From the NCBI GenBank assembly GCA_964016885.1, contig OZ024740.1:98146001-98210000 (forward strand): a stretch of 64,000 nucleotides of DNA, written 5' to 3'. Shown here in pieces: positions 1 to 12,717 of the stretch. The notes below the pieces were generated by a model. That model made no database searches. It was not told where the DNA came from and saw only the letters and a list, made by a program, of their open reading frames with translations. A program made the position numbers and the translations under genes. This stretch comes from Eledone cirrhosa. Taxonomy: Eukaryota. Numbering within the stretch: position 1 is the first letter of the stretch; the number at the start of each line of letters is the position of its first letter.

Positions 1-2494
1 GGCCATCGTCAACAACAAGTGGTGGTTTGCTCTGAAAAGAGCAATTAGAATAGAGTCCATTAGGTTTGGTAAGGCTTTAGCAATAGAGAAAAATAGAGCA
101 GAGGGAGAAAATTTTACGAGGCGCTTAGCAAAGGCATCGCGACATACGTACTTGCGGCGAATTTGGCCCTTGACCAATTCTTTAATGCAAAGCACGAAGG
201 CTGCGTTGTCAGAGCTAGGGTGCGTGCTCTCAGACACGAGGGGACGAAAGCCGTTAAATGGGCCCGAGTGGCGGAGGCGCGTCGTGGCAACAAAGCCACG
301 ATACGGTCTTTGGTGGACCACGACGGGCGCATGCTACTCGATCCCGGGCAAATATGTGAAGCTTTTCAGCGACATTTCGCACAGCTGTTCGGGGGCAGCG
401 GCAGGCCGGTTCGAGGGATGGACTTTAGTGTCTACCTCGATGGACTGCCGCGGCTCTCGGCCACTGAGACGGAGTGTTGCGAAAAGCCGATAACAGCCGC
501 TGAAGTACGGGAGGCAATGACTGGCTGCACAAGGGGTAAATCGCCTGGTTTGGATGGTCTGCCCTATGAACTTTACGTACAGATGCCAGACTTGTTCGGA
601 GGCCTCTTGGCGGACGTCTACTGCAACTGGCAACAGAACGGGAGATTTCCCAGCTCTGTGAGCCGAGGAGATGTGGCACTGCTGAGAAAGGATCCGAACA
701 AGGGGGATAACATAGATAATTTCAGGCCCATAACTCTGCTAAACACAGAGTTCAAGATTTTGGCCAAGATGCTAGCAAAGAGGCTGGCGCTTGTCGTTGG
801 TGGTCTGGTGGGAGAGGCGCAAACGTGCGCCATTCCCGACAGATCCATCCACGACAACCTCCACATCATGCGATACATCGTATAGAGGGTAGTTAGGGAA
901 CCTGGCACGGGTGGCTCCTTGATCAATTTAGATCAGTCGAAAGCTTTCGATAGGGTCGACCATCGTTACCTAGCGGCAGTCTTGAGGGCGGCTGGCTTTG
1001 GGTCCGTCTTCAGAGGCCGGATCGCTGCCATGCACAGCGACATCTGCTCTGTGGTGAGAGTGAACGGTCACCTTTTGGAACCGTTCAACATCATGCGCTC
1101 GGTCTGCCAAGGATGTCCCCTCTCGTCCCTCTTGTACCTATTGACTCTCGAGCCATTACTGAACAAACTGGAGTCGTTGAGGGGGGTCGAACGCCTAACA
1201 CATCGAGGCGATCGGCACTACACTAAGAGAATACGAAGCGGTGACAGGAGCAATGATCTACCAGGAAAAGTCAGTGGGCCTGCAGCTCGGCACCTGGAGA
1301 GGCAGGTCCATGCCGTCCAACAGCGTCGTCGGGCGCTGGACGGACGGACCGGTTAAATTGCTAGGTGTCTGGTTCGGTCCGGACCTCCAGACGGACAAAA
1401 ACTGGGACGAGGTGACGAGCAGGGTGGCTTCTCTCACGCACAAATGGGCCGAGAGGAAGCTATCCCTGAAAGGTCGAGCGGAGGTGGCTAACGCGTACAT
1501 CGCGTCCGTCATCTACTACCGCCTGACCGTCGTACCTTGTCCTAAGCCCCGCCTGACTGCGCTGGAGCGTTTGCTCTTTCGCTTTTTGTGGAAGGGACGC
1601 GCTCCGATAGTCAGGCGGTCCATCTGCTGTCAACACCCGCTACGTGGAGGGCTGGGAATGCCGTGGCTGATGATGCGCAGACACGCGCTCAGGCTACTAC
1701 ATCTCCACCTCTTCCTAGACGGTGATCAGGTGTGGTCGCCATTTGCTAGAAACGTATTTCCCCAGCTCGTCTCCTTGAAGGAGCAGCAGTCCTGGGTCAA
1801 GCGAAAACCGAGAGGGAGCGCTTGGAGACTGGAATGTCTTCAGGCGCTCACAGCCCTCGACCAATCGGGCAATGTGATCGGTGAAAACTCCACCTTGGCG
1901 TTCTATAGATGATTAGTGGAGGGGAAGTACGACGACGTACTTGGAGAAACTCTACGCGTCGACGAAAATCAACTAGCCAATCTCTTCGGAAGGACTTTCG
2001 GGCCGGGGCCTATGGACAACTTCCAGAAATTCCTGGCCTGGCAGTGCTACCGAGGAGCTTTGCCAGTTCGGGATAAACTCTACAGGCATGGAGGTGCCGT
2101 CAGCCGGGCATGTCCGAGATGCGCGCAGGGCGACAAAACCGTCCTGCACGCATTCGTCCAGTGTCCGAGCAGTGCTGACTTGTGGGTTTATGTCGAACAC
2201 CTGCTGTCACGTGTAGGACGGATCCAACTATCAGCTGAGTCCATCGTGAGGATTACCCCGCCTTCTTCCTTCAGCCGGGAAGGGCAGGCAGTTTTTATCT
2301 GTCTGGTGGCCATGGCGAAAGAGATAGTATGGTGGACACGTTTGAAAGGGCTGAAGACGAGCACTTACCTTTTCGGTGATGCCCTGATTAACTTTTTCAA
2401 ATTTCATTTGAAAAAGAAAATCAGGGTAGAGAGGGAAGTGCTCTCTTCCCAGCATGTTGTGGAAAGATGGGTGAGAGAAGCAAGTATGGCCTGA
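1..2494 (+). pseudogene. Disrupted ORF2 (RT + zf-RVT) of Tx1-like copy A
   Basis: ORF fragments 163-885, 919-1356, 1241-1912 and 1916-2494; in-frame stops; no YADD seen (apparent deletion near 1185). Confidence 0.85.
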
Positions 2495-2774
2495 GTAAAT
2501 GGGCCTACTCTGAGTATCTGTCTGTAAATTAAAGGTGGAAAACTGGGAGAGGACACTTACCTTGGTGGTCAGGGTCACTGTGGCTTTTTAATGGGCTTTC
2601 TCCACAAATGTCCCTCGGAAGTCTCCCCCCTATTGGGGAATTTTTCATTGTTATTTTTTATTACATCCTCTGTTTTTTTATTACACGCAAAAATGCCCAT
2701 TTGTACCGTCCTGTATTGTCCTGTACTGTCCTTAATGTCTACTTTATGTAAACCCTTGTGCTTAATAAAGAATG

Positions 2775-2775
<1 letters not shown>

Positions 2776-2808
<33 letters not shown>
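2776..2808. repeat. (ATT)n microsatellite: tail of copy A and 5' flank of copy B
   Basis: 11 ATT units directly followed by the GGTCTAAGCGG start of the next element. Confidence 0.95.
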
Positions 2809-3014
2809 GGTCTAAGCGGACGTATTTTGCTCGCTCACAGTAAGTCGCCTTATTTGCCTGTTTAAATTATTTGTTGTTAAATATTTCTTGTTGTGTAAGG
2901 GATGTAAGCCCTTATACTTTGCCCCGTGAAGGGGTAAGTATAATATTTGGGCCATTTGGTCCAAATATTTGAACTTTTTTTACATGTTAAAAAATTTACG
3001 AAGAAAAAAAAAAC

Positions 3015-4978
3015 ATGGCTGAGCCACGCCCCCCAGCGATATGTCGGCTGTCGTGCGACAACGACGTAAAAGTTGAGAGGAGCGCTACAGCGAAATTAAC
3101 ACACATTGATAACACAAACACCACCACAAACAAGGTAAACAAAGACACCAATGATACTAATAAGAACTCTAATTTGAAAAAAAATGACAGTAGCAGCGAC
3201 AACGAAAATACAGATAACAAAAAAAAAAATAACAAATACAACAACAATATCAACACCACTAACATGAAAACAAATAGCGACAACACCAACAGCAACAATA
3301 CCAACTGCACCGAGAACAACGGTGGCAGCAAAGACAACAATGATAACAGCGACAGTGCTAACAACAACACCAACAAGAACAACGTCAACAACACCCCCAA
3401 CGAAAACAAGACCACTTTCGCTGCGACAGCAGCAAAAAAGAGGCCATGCTTCAACATGGACCTCTCAAACAAAGATGAAAAGTTGGCCCAGGCATGGAAG
3501 CTCATCAAGCAAGAGCAAACTTGGGCCAATTTAACTGTCCCGGTAGAAGCTATTGAGGCAGTGGAGCGCAAAACGGTGCATTATAGATGCATCTCAGCAC
3601 AAACCAAAAGGGCAGCGTTAATCCCACAAGAAGATATCGAAGTCGCGCTGAGGTGCATCAGAGAAGACACCCAGTACATAGAGAGGGGCAGACAGTACGG
3701 CACCATTTCGGTGTTGTTCAAGTCAGAAGCCCTCGCGATGAAACACGCCATGACTCCTTGCAAAACCAGCAAGGTCATAATGTACCCCTCCCACATGGGA
3801 AAAAGAACGGCCCTTCTCCGCATTCCCAGAATCCCACCAGGACTTGACATGTGGTGGCTTCTGGGATGTGTGATTGTGGAGGGGAAGGATACAGTCCCTA
3901 TAGAAGTGACCAGAACGGCCAGAGAGGACTGGTCCGGGGTTAACCTAGAGATCCTTCTCCAGATCAGGCCCGAGAATGTGAAGACAATCCCAGACCACAT
4001 CCGCCTTCAGAATGGAAGTCTCATTCACATTATGACCGAAGGCAAATGGCCGCAGTGTTTTGTTTGTGGGGAAAAAACCAATTTGTGAGCCTTCTGCCCT
4101 CAACTGCTGAAAGAGGCAAGGGGTCGAAAGGCTCCACTGCTGCCGACGCCGGGGCGAGGACCACAACCAACACCTGCACCGGCAAAACCACCAACAACAA
4201 CACCAATAGAAAGACCACCACCAACATTGACCACCCAGGGGGGAAACGAGGAAAGCTGTCAAATTCCCCCTCCCCCCAAAATACACACACCAATAAAACC
4301 TTAAACATACATACAGACACACTTACAGAAACAGACCCCTCATCTACCAGTAGTGAAAATGAGGGAAATCCAAAACCCCCAAAATACAAAAAAGGAAACA
4401 CAAAAAGAAAAAAAAAACGCAACAAAGCACAAAAGCACCCACAATAAAAAACGCAGACACCACCCACGCAAACATCTCTCCAATAACACCACCATCAACA
4501 CCACCATCACATCACCAGAATCCCCCAAACGCAAACAACTGAAACAGACGCAAGAACAAATATACACACAAACCACATACACCGCACTCACAACAAACAC
4601 AGATACAACCGAAACAACACCACCAAAACCATCACCACCATAGCCACTCAAACAAATAAAATCACACGAACAAAACATACAAAACTTCGTGCTCGTCAGG
4701 AGGGCCAACAAGGAACTGATGGACCTCGTAGCACGAAGTGAAAATATACAAAAAGAGGGGAAATGTTTAAATCGAGCACATTTCGCGTGCCGGAAGATTT
4801 GATTCTGGTGCGAATGTCGCTCGACATATTCAAAGAAATACGAGACAGCTTTCCTCGGGACGTGGGAACCCCGAACGTAAAACCCACTTCAAGACTTTTG
4901 AAGGGGTTCCCAAAAGAAACCCCACTAACTATGGAGGTCGAACAACCCGACCTTCACAAGAGCCCGGAAGGTAAGTAA
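3015..4978 (+). pseudogene. ORF1 (gag-like) of copy B, frameshifted
   Basis: 357-aa ORF 3015-4088 with Asn/Thr-rich N-terminus, a globular region similar to copy E ORF1 and a CFVCG knuckle start; later fragments end ...EGK* at 4978. Confidence 0.75.
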
Positions 4979-5009
4979 ACCTTCCTCTCTCTCTGTTTAA
5001 CCTGCCAAC

Positions 5010-6660
5010 ATGGCCGTATTAAGAGTAGGATGTTTAAATGTTCGAGGCCTGGGATCGTCCTGGAAGCAGGGTCACCTGCTCAACGACCTCAGGTCTATAG
5101 AAATGGATGTAATTGCAGTCAGCGAGACCAGGATTTCCGACACGCGCGCACTAGCCCCCATTTTCGACGACTATCAGATCTTTGCATCTGTTAGCCAGCC
5201 GGGAATGGGAGGCGGGGTGGCAGTGCTGTTTAGGAAAGGCCTGGATCTCGAGGTAAGGTCGATCTTCCGGGACCGGGACGGGAAGTTGGTGGTCCTGGAC
5301 GTGAACAATAATGAAGGTGGTGCCTTTAGACTGGTGGCCGTCTATGATCCTACTGGGGCAGGTCGGCCGGACTTCTTTAGACGTCTGGAAGCCTTTCTGG
5401 ATACGTCTCGCCCTTTACTGTTAGCGGGGGACTGGAACAGCATCTTAGACGCACGCGGGGACTGTGTGGGAGTATCCGATAGGAGCGGGGGGTGCAAAAG
5501 CCTCAAGAACCTGATCAGCCAGTTCCAACTGTCTGACAGGTACCGACTAGATTTCCCTAATGCGCCAGTGTGGACCTGGGATAACCGCATAGGGTCATCT
5601 AGATCGTATATAGACAGGATATTCATTAGGAAAATAGACAGAAATAGTGTAAGCTGTCCACGTTTTGAAACGGTCGCCTATTCAGATCACAAGTGTGTGA
5701 TCTGTATGGTCGACCTAGATAAGACGCGTAGGTTAGGACCTGGTTACTGGAAGCTAAACATGTCATTTCCGGCACGTAAGGCTTACAGGGACCAGGTCAA
5801 CAATTTAGTTAAGAAAAAGTTGACAGGGGGAGTCGTCAACAATAGATGGTGGGGGGCTCTCAAAAGAGAGATTAGAGTAATGTCGATAGAGTTTAGCAAA
5901 GAAGTAGCATTAGAGAAAAATAGAAAGGAGGAAGAGTTGGTAGATAAGTTAGACGAGGCTATTGGTAGTGGCATTGCAACTGATGTGCGAGCGGCGAGAA
6001 TGGCATTAGACCATTTCTTCAATGCGAAACACGAAGGTTGCATTGTCAGAGCTAAAGCGCGTGCTCTGAGAAACGAGGGAAACAAAGCTGTTCGATGGGC
6101 CCGCGTGGCAGAGGCGCAGCGTGGTAATAAAACAACGATTCGGTCTTTGACGGACCGAGACGGGCTCGAGCTGAGCGATTCCAAGAGGATGTGTGAGGCC
6201 TTTCGCCAACAGTTTGCTCGGTTGTTCGGGGGAAGTGGCGGATCAGAGATGGTGGCGGACTTCAGTCCCTACCTCGATGGCTTGCCGCAACTCTCGACGG
6301 CTGACGCCGGGCGCTGCGAAAGGCTAATTACTTCAGCCGAGATTCAGGATGTAGACTGCATGTGGCGCAAGTCACCCGGTTTGGATGGTCTGCCCTACGA
6401 GCTTTAAGTAAATATGCCAAACTTGTTCTCCAATCTCCTCGAAGCCCTCTACTGCAACTGGCAGCAAAACGGGAGTATTCCCAGTTCTGTGAGCCGGGGC
6501 GTAGTGACGCTGATAAGGAAAGACGAGAATAAGAGGGACACATTAGGGAATTTCAGGCCCATAATTCTGCTCAACACAGAGTTTAAGATTTTGGCCAGGG
6601 TGTTAGCGAAGAGGTTGGCGCTGTCGTCGGGCATTTGGTTGGGGAGGCGCAAACTTGCGC
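5010..6660 (+). pseudogene. ORF2 of copy B: apurinic-like endonuclease + start of RT
   Basis: APE motifs LNVRGL, SET, GDWN, SYIDR, SDH; then KSPGLDGLP and NFRPIILLN; stop at 6407. Confidence 0.9.
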
Positions 6661-6670
6661 AATCACAACC

Positions 6671-6715
6671 GGCCTTGTGCCTAAAGTAGAAACAATTATT
6701 ATTATTATTATTATT
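6671..6715 (+). mobile_element. 3' tail remnant of SINE family S1 plus (ATT)n
   Basis: GGCCTTGTGCCTAAAGTAGAAACAATTATT matches the end of the SINE at 11035-11220. Confidence 0.75.
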
Positions 6716-9700
6716 GTTCTTTGAGTCTCAGTCATTGATGTTAGTTAACTGGAAAGTTTGTTGAAATGAATATCAAGCCACTACCTGCAGCCTCAGATAT
6801 ACAGGACGTATCGGAGGGTTCTTGCTGTTCCCAGCAAGCATGCCTTTTGAAGCGTTCAAAGAAGCGTGGCGGGGCCAATTTTCTTTGACCATCCCTGGAA
6901 ACTTTTGAGATAGTACCTAGTGCGCCTATGATAATCGGGACCACTTTGACTTCATGGCAGTTCCAAATCCTTTTTACCTCCCACTTTAAGTCCTGGTATC
7001 GGTTAATTTTCTCCCTCTCCTTCTCTTGCACTCTCGTGTCGAATGGGCAGGCCACATCCACAATCAGGCACGATCTTTTTTCTTTGTCCAAAACCACCAG
7101 GTCAGGTCTATTGTGTTCCAGTTTTTTGTCCGTCTGTATCCTAAAATCCCACAGCACCTTCACCTGATCGTTTTCTATCACCAACTCTGGCTTATGCTCA
7201 TACCACTTCTCAGAATGTGGTAAATTGTTTACTTTGCATAGGTGCCAGAGGATCACCCTGCCCATCACATCATGTCTCCAGCCTTTATAGTGAGTCTAAG
7301 CTTGGTGTTTACACTCGGATACAATGTGAACCACAGTCTCCTCTCTCTCTCCACAGATCCTGCACAGTGGGTTAGCCTCCTCCTTGTAAATATGGTGTTT
7401 CAACTACTTCGTTTTGAGGGCCTGCTCTTGCGCAGCCATTAACATTCCTTCTGTAGCCTACAAAAGGTCTCCTCTTTTCAACCAGTTCCATGTCTGTGGA
7501 TCTCTGAATTCAGTTTTCTCAAAGAAGGTATTATGAAGGGATTTTTCATGAAGGCTGCTCTTTCTCCTTGTTGTTATTTCCTCCTTGGACATCCCCTGGT
7601 CTATTGTCCTCTCCTTCAGTACAGTTCTGAGCATTGGCTCCTTACTATCAGTCACGTATTTGTGTAGGTTGTTTTTCTCCATCTGAACACAGTCCCCTAT
7701 GCTGATAAGACCTCTTCCACCTTTAGATCTCCTTAAGTAGAGTCTATCGACATCACTCCTGTTGTGGAACATGTAGATAGTCACTAGCTTCCTAGTCTTC
7801 CTATCCATTTCTTTTTGTTTAGCAACATGGCACTCCTACTGTTCAGATGTGACTTTAATACGCTCCTTACTCTCCGAATGTATTCAGATCTTATCAATTC
7901 CTTCATTTTTTTGTTCTTGATGTCATCAGCCTCCAGAACACCCAAATATTTTTATCCTTCTTCAGTGTCAATTTCCTTTATCATCTCACCTGTTGGTTCC
8001 TGGATTCCGTTGCTTCTGCTCAATTTAGCCCCCTTCATCACAAGGACTACACACTTACTAATACCAAATTGCATACATATATCATTGCTGAAAATACGGA
8101 CAGTGTCAACAAGCACATCCAACTCCTTCTCACTCTTCCCGAAGAGCTTAAGATCGTCCATGAAGAGGAGGTGATTGATGGTAAGCTCTCCCTTTCCCAA
8201 CTTGTATCCTGCTCACCCTTTTCGCAGTATAATGGTCAGGGGCATCAAGGCAAGGACAAACAACAGAGTGGACAGACTATCTCCCTGGAAGATACCTCTC
8301 TTGATCTTCACGCCTCCCAAGGATTCTCCAGCTGATGTTAACTCTGTTTTCCAGGACTTCATACTTTTGCACAACAACTGTCTGATGTTATCTGCCACCT
8401 TGAAGATCTCTAGGCTTTTGGTGATCCAAGAATGAGGCACCATGTCAAATGCCTTTTTGTAGTCTATCCATCCCATGGCAAGACCAGTGTGTCTCCTCTT
8501 ACAATTCCTCATTACCATCTTATCAATAAGTAACTGGTCCTTTGTACCACGGGACTTCTTTTGACATCCTTTCTGTTCGTCCGGTAACAAGTTGTTTGTG
8601 TGGAGGTGATGGTAGATTTCCTCAGACATAATGCTTGTCAACAGTTTCCACATTACGTACAGACATGTGATAGGTCTATAGTTGGTAACATCATTACCCT
8701 TGATTCGGTCTTTCATTACCAGAACTGTGGTACCTTTTGTCAACCACTCTGGTACCTCACCTGACATCAAGCAGTCATTGAACATGGTTGTCAGTTTCGG
8801 GTGGAGGGATGTTATATTTTTAATCCAATACCCCTGCACACCATCTGGGCTGGTGATTTCCAGTTGGTTAGTGTTTTGGCCTGCCCCTTAAGAGTTTCAA
8901 CTGTGATACTCAAATCAGTTTGTTGGTGTGCCTGTTCACTAATCTCCTTTTGTACCGTCTCAATCCACACTGCCTGGTCATTATGTTTAACATCCTGCTC
9001 CCATATTCCTCTCCAGAATGTCTTAGTTTGTTCCGCCTCAAGCTGTCCAAACAGCATCTTCTGGTTGCGGTTCTGTCTATACTGACTGACTCTGCTCTCG
9101 TATCGCCTAATTTTTGCACTCTTTGCTACAATGCGTTGCTTCAGTTCCTCTATGATAATATTTACCTTTTTCCTCCTAGTTTTGTACTTTATTTCCAGTC
9201 TATTTTTAGTGTCTATGATTTTTATTGTCCCATTCAGTAGGGACTCAAGCTTTCCAATGTCATTTCTCATTTCCCTGATTTGACCATTCAGTCGTTTCTT
9301 CCACCAAGGCTCTGATCTTTCTTGTTTGTTGTTTCCTCTCGCTTTTATACCAAGTCATTTCCTCACCGCATTTGCTGTTGCTTTGAGGATATTGTTGTAC
9401 TGGTGAAGGCTCCTCGCCTCAAGGTATGGGATGAATTTGTTTACCTTAGTTGTTGTTTCTTTTAACTTTTTCCTGTCTACAAATCCTAGGTTGATAGGTT
9501 TCCCACTATCATTATTCAATCAAATACCACTAAGTTTAGGATATCAACCAAATCTTGTCCTAGCCCGTCAGCATTCATCTCCTCAATGGCCGTATCTTTG
9601 TTCCAGGTATTATTTATTTCAGCATTCAGATCATTGTCTGATTCAGATGGTTCCTCCGTTCTCTCAACCTCTTCACCTTCATTTCTCACTGGCTCGTTTG

Positions 9701-10185
9701 CCTGGCATACTCCACTCTCCATTTCCAACCTAATCTCTCTGCTCGGTTCCTCCAGTTCCAGCTCTCTTATCCACCCATTAGTTCTTATTACCCGAGCCTG
9801 CCCGGCCAATTTTTGTTCATCTAATTTAAATAGACCAATCTCGTTCCAGATGTTATGCATCCGTTTCCTATAGCCTTTCTCCTTGGGGTTACTCTTCAGG
9901 TAACATTGCATAACAGTTCTATTCAATTATTTCGTCCTGTTGGTTCTGGTCCCTTTCCTTCTTCTTCTTCCTCCGACACCACCAATATTTGATTGGCAGC
10001 CAGGTCCCTGCTGCTGAGCCAGGGAGCACCTGCTGGGTGAGAGTCTGTCACATGACATTCCAGTCTCCACTTCACCGTTATTCGAACTGTTTAGGTTCGT
10101 CATTTAAACACTCGTATTGGTGAATGTATGGTTACATAACCACCGGTGATTTCATCACTCCCGGTGAATTTTTGTGTGGCGCTAT
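6716..10185 (-). mobile_element. R4/Dong-like RLE non-LTR retrotransposon, copy C (near full length; 5' end may extend to 11003)
   Basis: Single ORF with GYRKRM N-terminal motif, RT (NYRPITCL, DYKKAFDMVPH, GIFQGDSLS, LFMDDLK), CRICG..H...C knuckle and RLE (HNRPDLVV..DVACP); 3' end abuts (TAA)n. Confidence 0.88.
6793..10103 (-). pseudogene. Disrupted RT-RLE polyprotein of copy C
   Basis: Collinear fragments 9516-9926, 8812-9270, 8213-8839, 7952-8200, 7458-7808 and 6741-7268, with frameshifts and stops. Confidence 0.85.
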
Positions 10186-10349
10186 CACGCTGTAGACGAA
10201 CATAAATAAACAAACAAACAAATAGGTAAAAAAAAAAATAAAAGAATAAGCATAAGTTTCATTGTAATGTAATGTTTGAATGTCTGGCTTAGTTTTTCCC
10301 TTCCCTTCTCTGTCTGTCTGTTTGTTTTTCTTCTCATTTTTCTTTTCTC

Positions 10350-11003
10350 TACGTTTTTCGTTGTTGCTGTGCTGCTTTGATTTTGATTTTGGGTTTTTTG
10401 ATTTTTTGGCCGGTTCATCAAATCAGTCTATTTATATCTTTTGATGCCTTCCTCTTTTAGTGGGGACACTACGATGCATGTCTTAGCAGGAGGTAGTGAG
10501 AGAGAATAGCGCCGGTAGTGATAATGAGGCAGTGGTTTGTGGTCCTGTGCTAGTAGTACTTAGCAGGAGGTAGTGGGAGAGAATAGCGGCGGTAGCGACA
10601 ATGAGGCAGTGGTGGTGGTGATGTGATCGTAGTACTGTAGTGATGGTGTTGAAGTTGAAGTAGAAATAGAAGTAGAAATAGAGTTTTTAGCGTGGTAGTG
10701 GTGATGGTGGCGGTGGTGGTGTTGGTGGTGAAATTATTTTTCTGTCTGTCCACTTAGCCATTTAGTTATTTAGCCATTTTCCTCTTTTTCGACTATAACA
10801 TTTCTGATCCAAAATTAAATATTAAATATTGGGGCCCTATGCACTAAAGACATGCGTTATGGCTTGCTGAGCGAGAAAACTTTAATCTTATTGTTCATTT
10901 GTAATAAGAATTATTCTATCACAGTTGTTTTAAAGTAAAAATCAAAAATTTACGGGAGCGATTCCATAACGATATATATCCACCATGTGCGTTTCCTTCC
11001 CTA
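10350..11003 (-). repeat. Unclassified retroelement-leader-like repeat, copy 1
   Basis: Aligns by eye with 11304-11836 (AATCAGTCTATTTATATCTT ... TTACGGGAGCGATTCCATAAC ... CCACCATGTGCGT); borders a TAA/TTA tract. Confidence 0.75.
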
Positions 11004-11034
11004 TATAATAATAATAATAATTATTATTATTATT

Positions 11035-11220
11035 TGGCAGTATCGGTAGAGGGTCGGACGCCATGCTTTGACGTATAGAGTTACAGCCCTTGCCATTCTG
11101 AGTTCAAATCCCGCCGAGGTTAACTTTGCCTTTCATCCTTACGGGGTCGATAAAATAAAGTACCAGTAATGCACTGGTCTTTGCTGGCCTTGTGCCAAAA
11201 AGTAGAAACAATTATTATTT
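11035..11220 (+). mobile_element. tRNA-derived SINE, family S1
   Basis: A-box-like TGGCAGTATCGG, B-box GAGTTCAAATCCC, body GGGGTCGATAAAATAAAGTACCAGT, TTA tail; many copies in window. Confidence 0.85.
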
Positions 11221-11230
11221 TTATATTATA

Positions 11231-11836
11231 GTTTAGATTTGACATCGTTTAAACTAAACATTTTGAGAGAGCTTAGAGTTTAGAGATACAACAACAATAA
11301 TGATTTCGGTGCTGTTGTTGTTGTTGTTGTTGTTAGCTGTTTGACCGGATCTCTGAATCAGTCTATTTATATCTTCTGATGCCTTCCTCGCTTATTCATG
11401 TGTAGTGGCACTACTACGATCCCTCTCTTAATAGGAGGTAGTGAGGGAATAGTGGTGGTAGCGATGATGCAGTGGTGACGGTGGTGATGGGATAGTAGTA
11501 CTATAGTGATGGTGTTGCTGCAGCCTGGCTAGATTTTTTGTGATAGTGATGATGGTGGTGGCGGCGGTGGTGTGTTGGTGGTGAAATTATTTGGCTGTTG
11601 TTCGTAACCATTTTATTTTTTGACTATAAAATTTCTGATACAAAATTAGATATTAAATATTGGAGCCCTATACCATAATGTGATGCGTTGTCACTTCCTG
11701 AGAACGAAGACTGGTATCTTATGTTCTATTTGTAATAATAATTATTCTATCACAATTGTTTTTAAATATGTAAAAAATCAAAAACTTACGGGAGCGATTC
11801 CATAACACTCTATCCACCATGTGCGTACCTTCCCTC
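11231..11836 (-). repeat. Unclassified retroelement-leader-like repeat, copy 2 (about 0.6 kb, between TTA-rich tracts)
   Basis: Homologous to 10350-11003; TTA-rich sequence on both sides. Confidence 0.7.
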
Positions 11837-11837
11837 A

Positions 11838-11870
<33 letters not shown>

Positions 11871-12007
11871 GTTCTTTGAGTCTCAGTCATTGATGTTAGT
11901 TAACTGGAAAGTTTGTTGAAATGAATATCAAGCCACTACCTGCAGCATCAGATATTCAGGAGGTATCGGAGGGTTCTTGCTGTTCACAGCAAGCATGCCT
12001 TTTGAAG

Positions 12008-12271
12008 TAAAGGAAAGGGATGTTTCTCTTTGTCGAATAAATAAATGAACAATCAAGTCTAACAATCATTTTATTTAATGCAATAATTTAGTAAATTTCC
12101 TACAACGTCAATATTTTGAGGAGCGGATCTTTCCACGTCTGTTCATGTCCGTGGTCCAAAAAGAGTGAGTGAACCTGTGGCTGTGTCCGGGTGTATTTTT
12201 GCCTCCGCTCCCTGAAGGGTTGTTAAGGGGAGGCAACTGCTAGTTGCCAAGCGACCATCTCAGCCACTACA
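12008..12271 (-). repeat. Gypsy 3' LTR
   Basis: Direct repeat of 17184-17447 with about 4 substitutions seen. Confidence 0.95.
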
Positions 12272-12717
12272 TTCACCTCGGAGCAGATTTTTTGTCGAAA
12301 AATCGTTAACAATGAAGCGAAGGTAGTTTACAAAATGTAGAAGAATGTATCAACAAATTAAAAAAAATAATAATAAATAGGTTCATGTCTGCAAGCATTA
12401 ACACAGAAGAAAAAAAAAAAAAAAACGTACAGTAAAAGATGCAAAATGCATGAAAAGATAACACTCTTCGCAATAAAGGGGCCCCAGATGTGATAAACAA
12501 GAAAAAAAATGTTTTGCTAGGCAATGAAAATGCCATATGTAGCATAGTTATAAAAACGCACTAAAACAAAATGGACTGTGTCAGAATTGACAACAGTCGT
12601 AATGTTACGCAAAATATAATATATTGACACTGCCGTAGGCAGTCAAGAATCAAAAAGTAACAAAATGCAATGTACAACAAAAACAATTGGAAGGAAAAAA
12701 AAAAAAAAAAATACAAT

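Larger units (their letters stand above)
1..2808 (+). mobile_element. Tx1/L1-clade non-LTR retrotransposon, copy A (3' part; runs off window start)
   Basis: RT motifs (KSPGLDGLP, NFRPITLLN, DQSKAFDRVDH, QGCPLS), C-terminal CPRC..H...C knuckle, 3' UTR, AATAAA at 2764 and (ATT)n tail. Confidence 0.9.
2809..6665 (+). mobile_element. Tx1/L1-clade LINE, copy B (5' UTR, ORF1, ORF2 truncated within RT)
   Basis: 5' UTR hairpins, ORF1 from 3015, APE-RT ORF2 from 5010 homologous to copies A and E; homology ends near 6665. Confidence 0.88.

Noticed and set aside
2996-4711. Hydrophobic minus-strand ORFs resembling membrane proteins
   Set aside because: Antisense shadows of the A/C-rich LINE ORF1
10105-10200. 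HDV-like ribozyme at the 5' end of Dong-like copy C
   Set aside because: Only simple hairpins (CACCGG/CCGGTG, GTGAT/ATCAC) were found; no nested double pseudoknot
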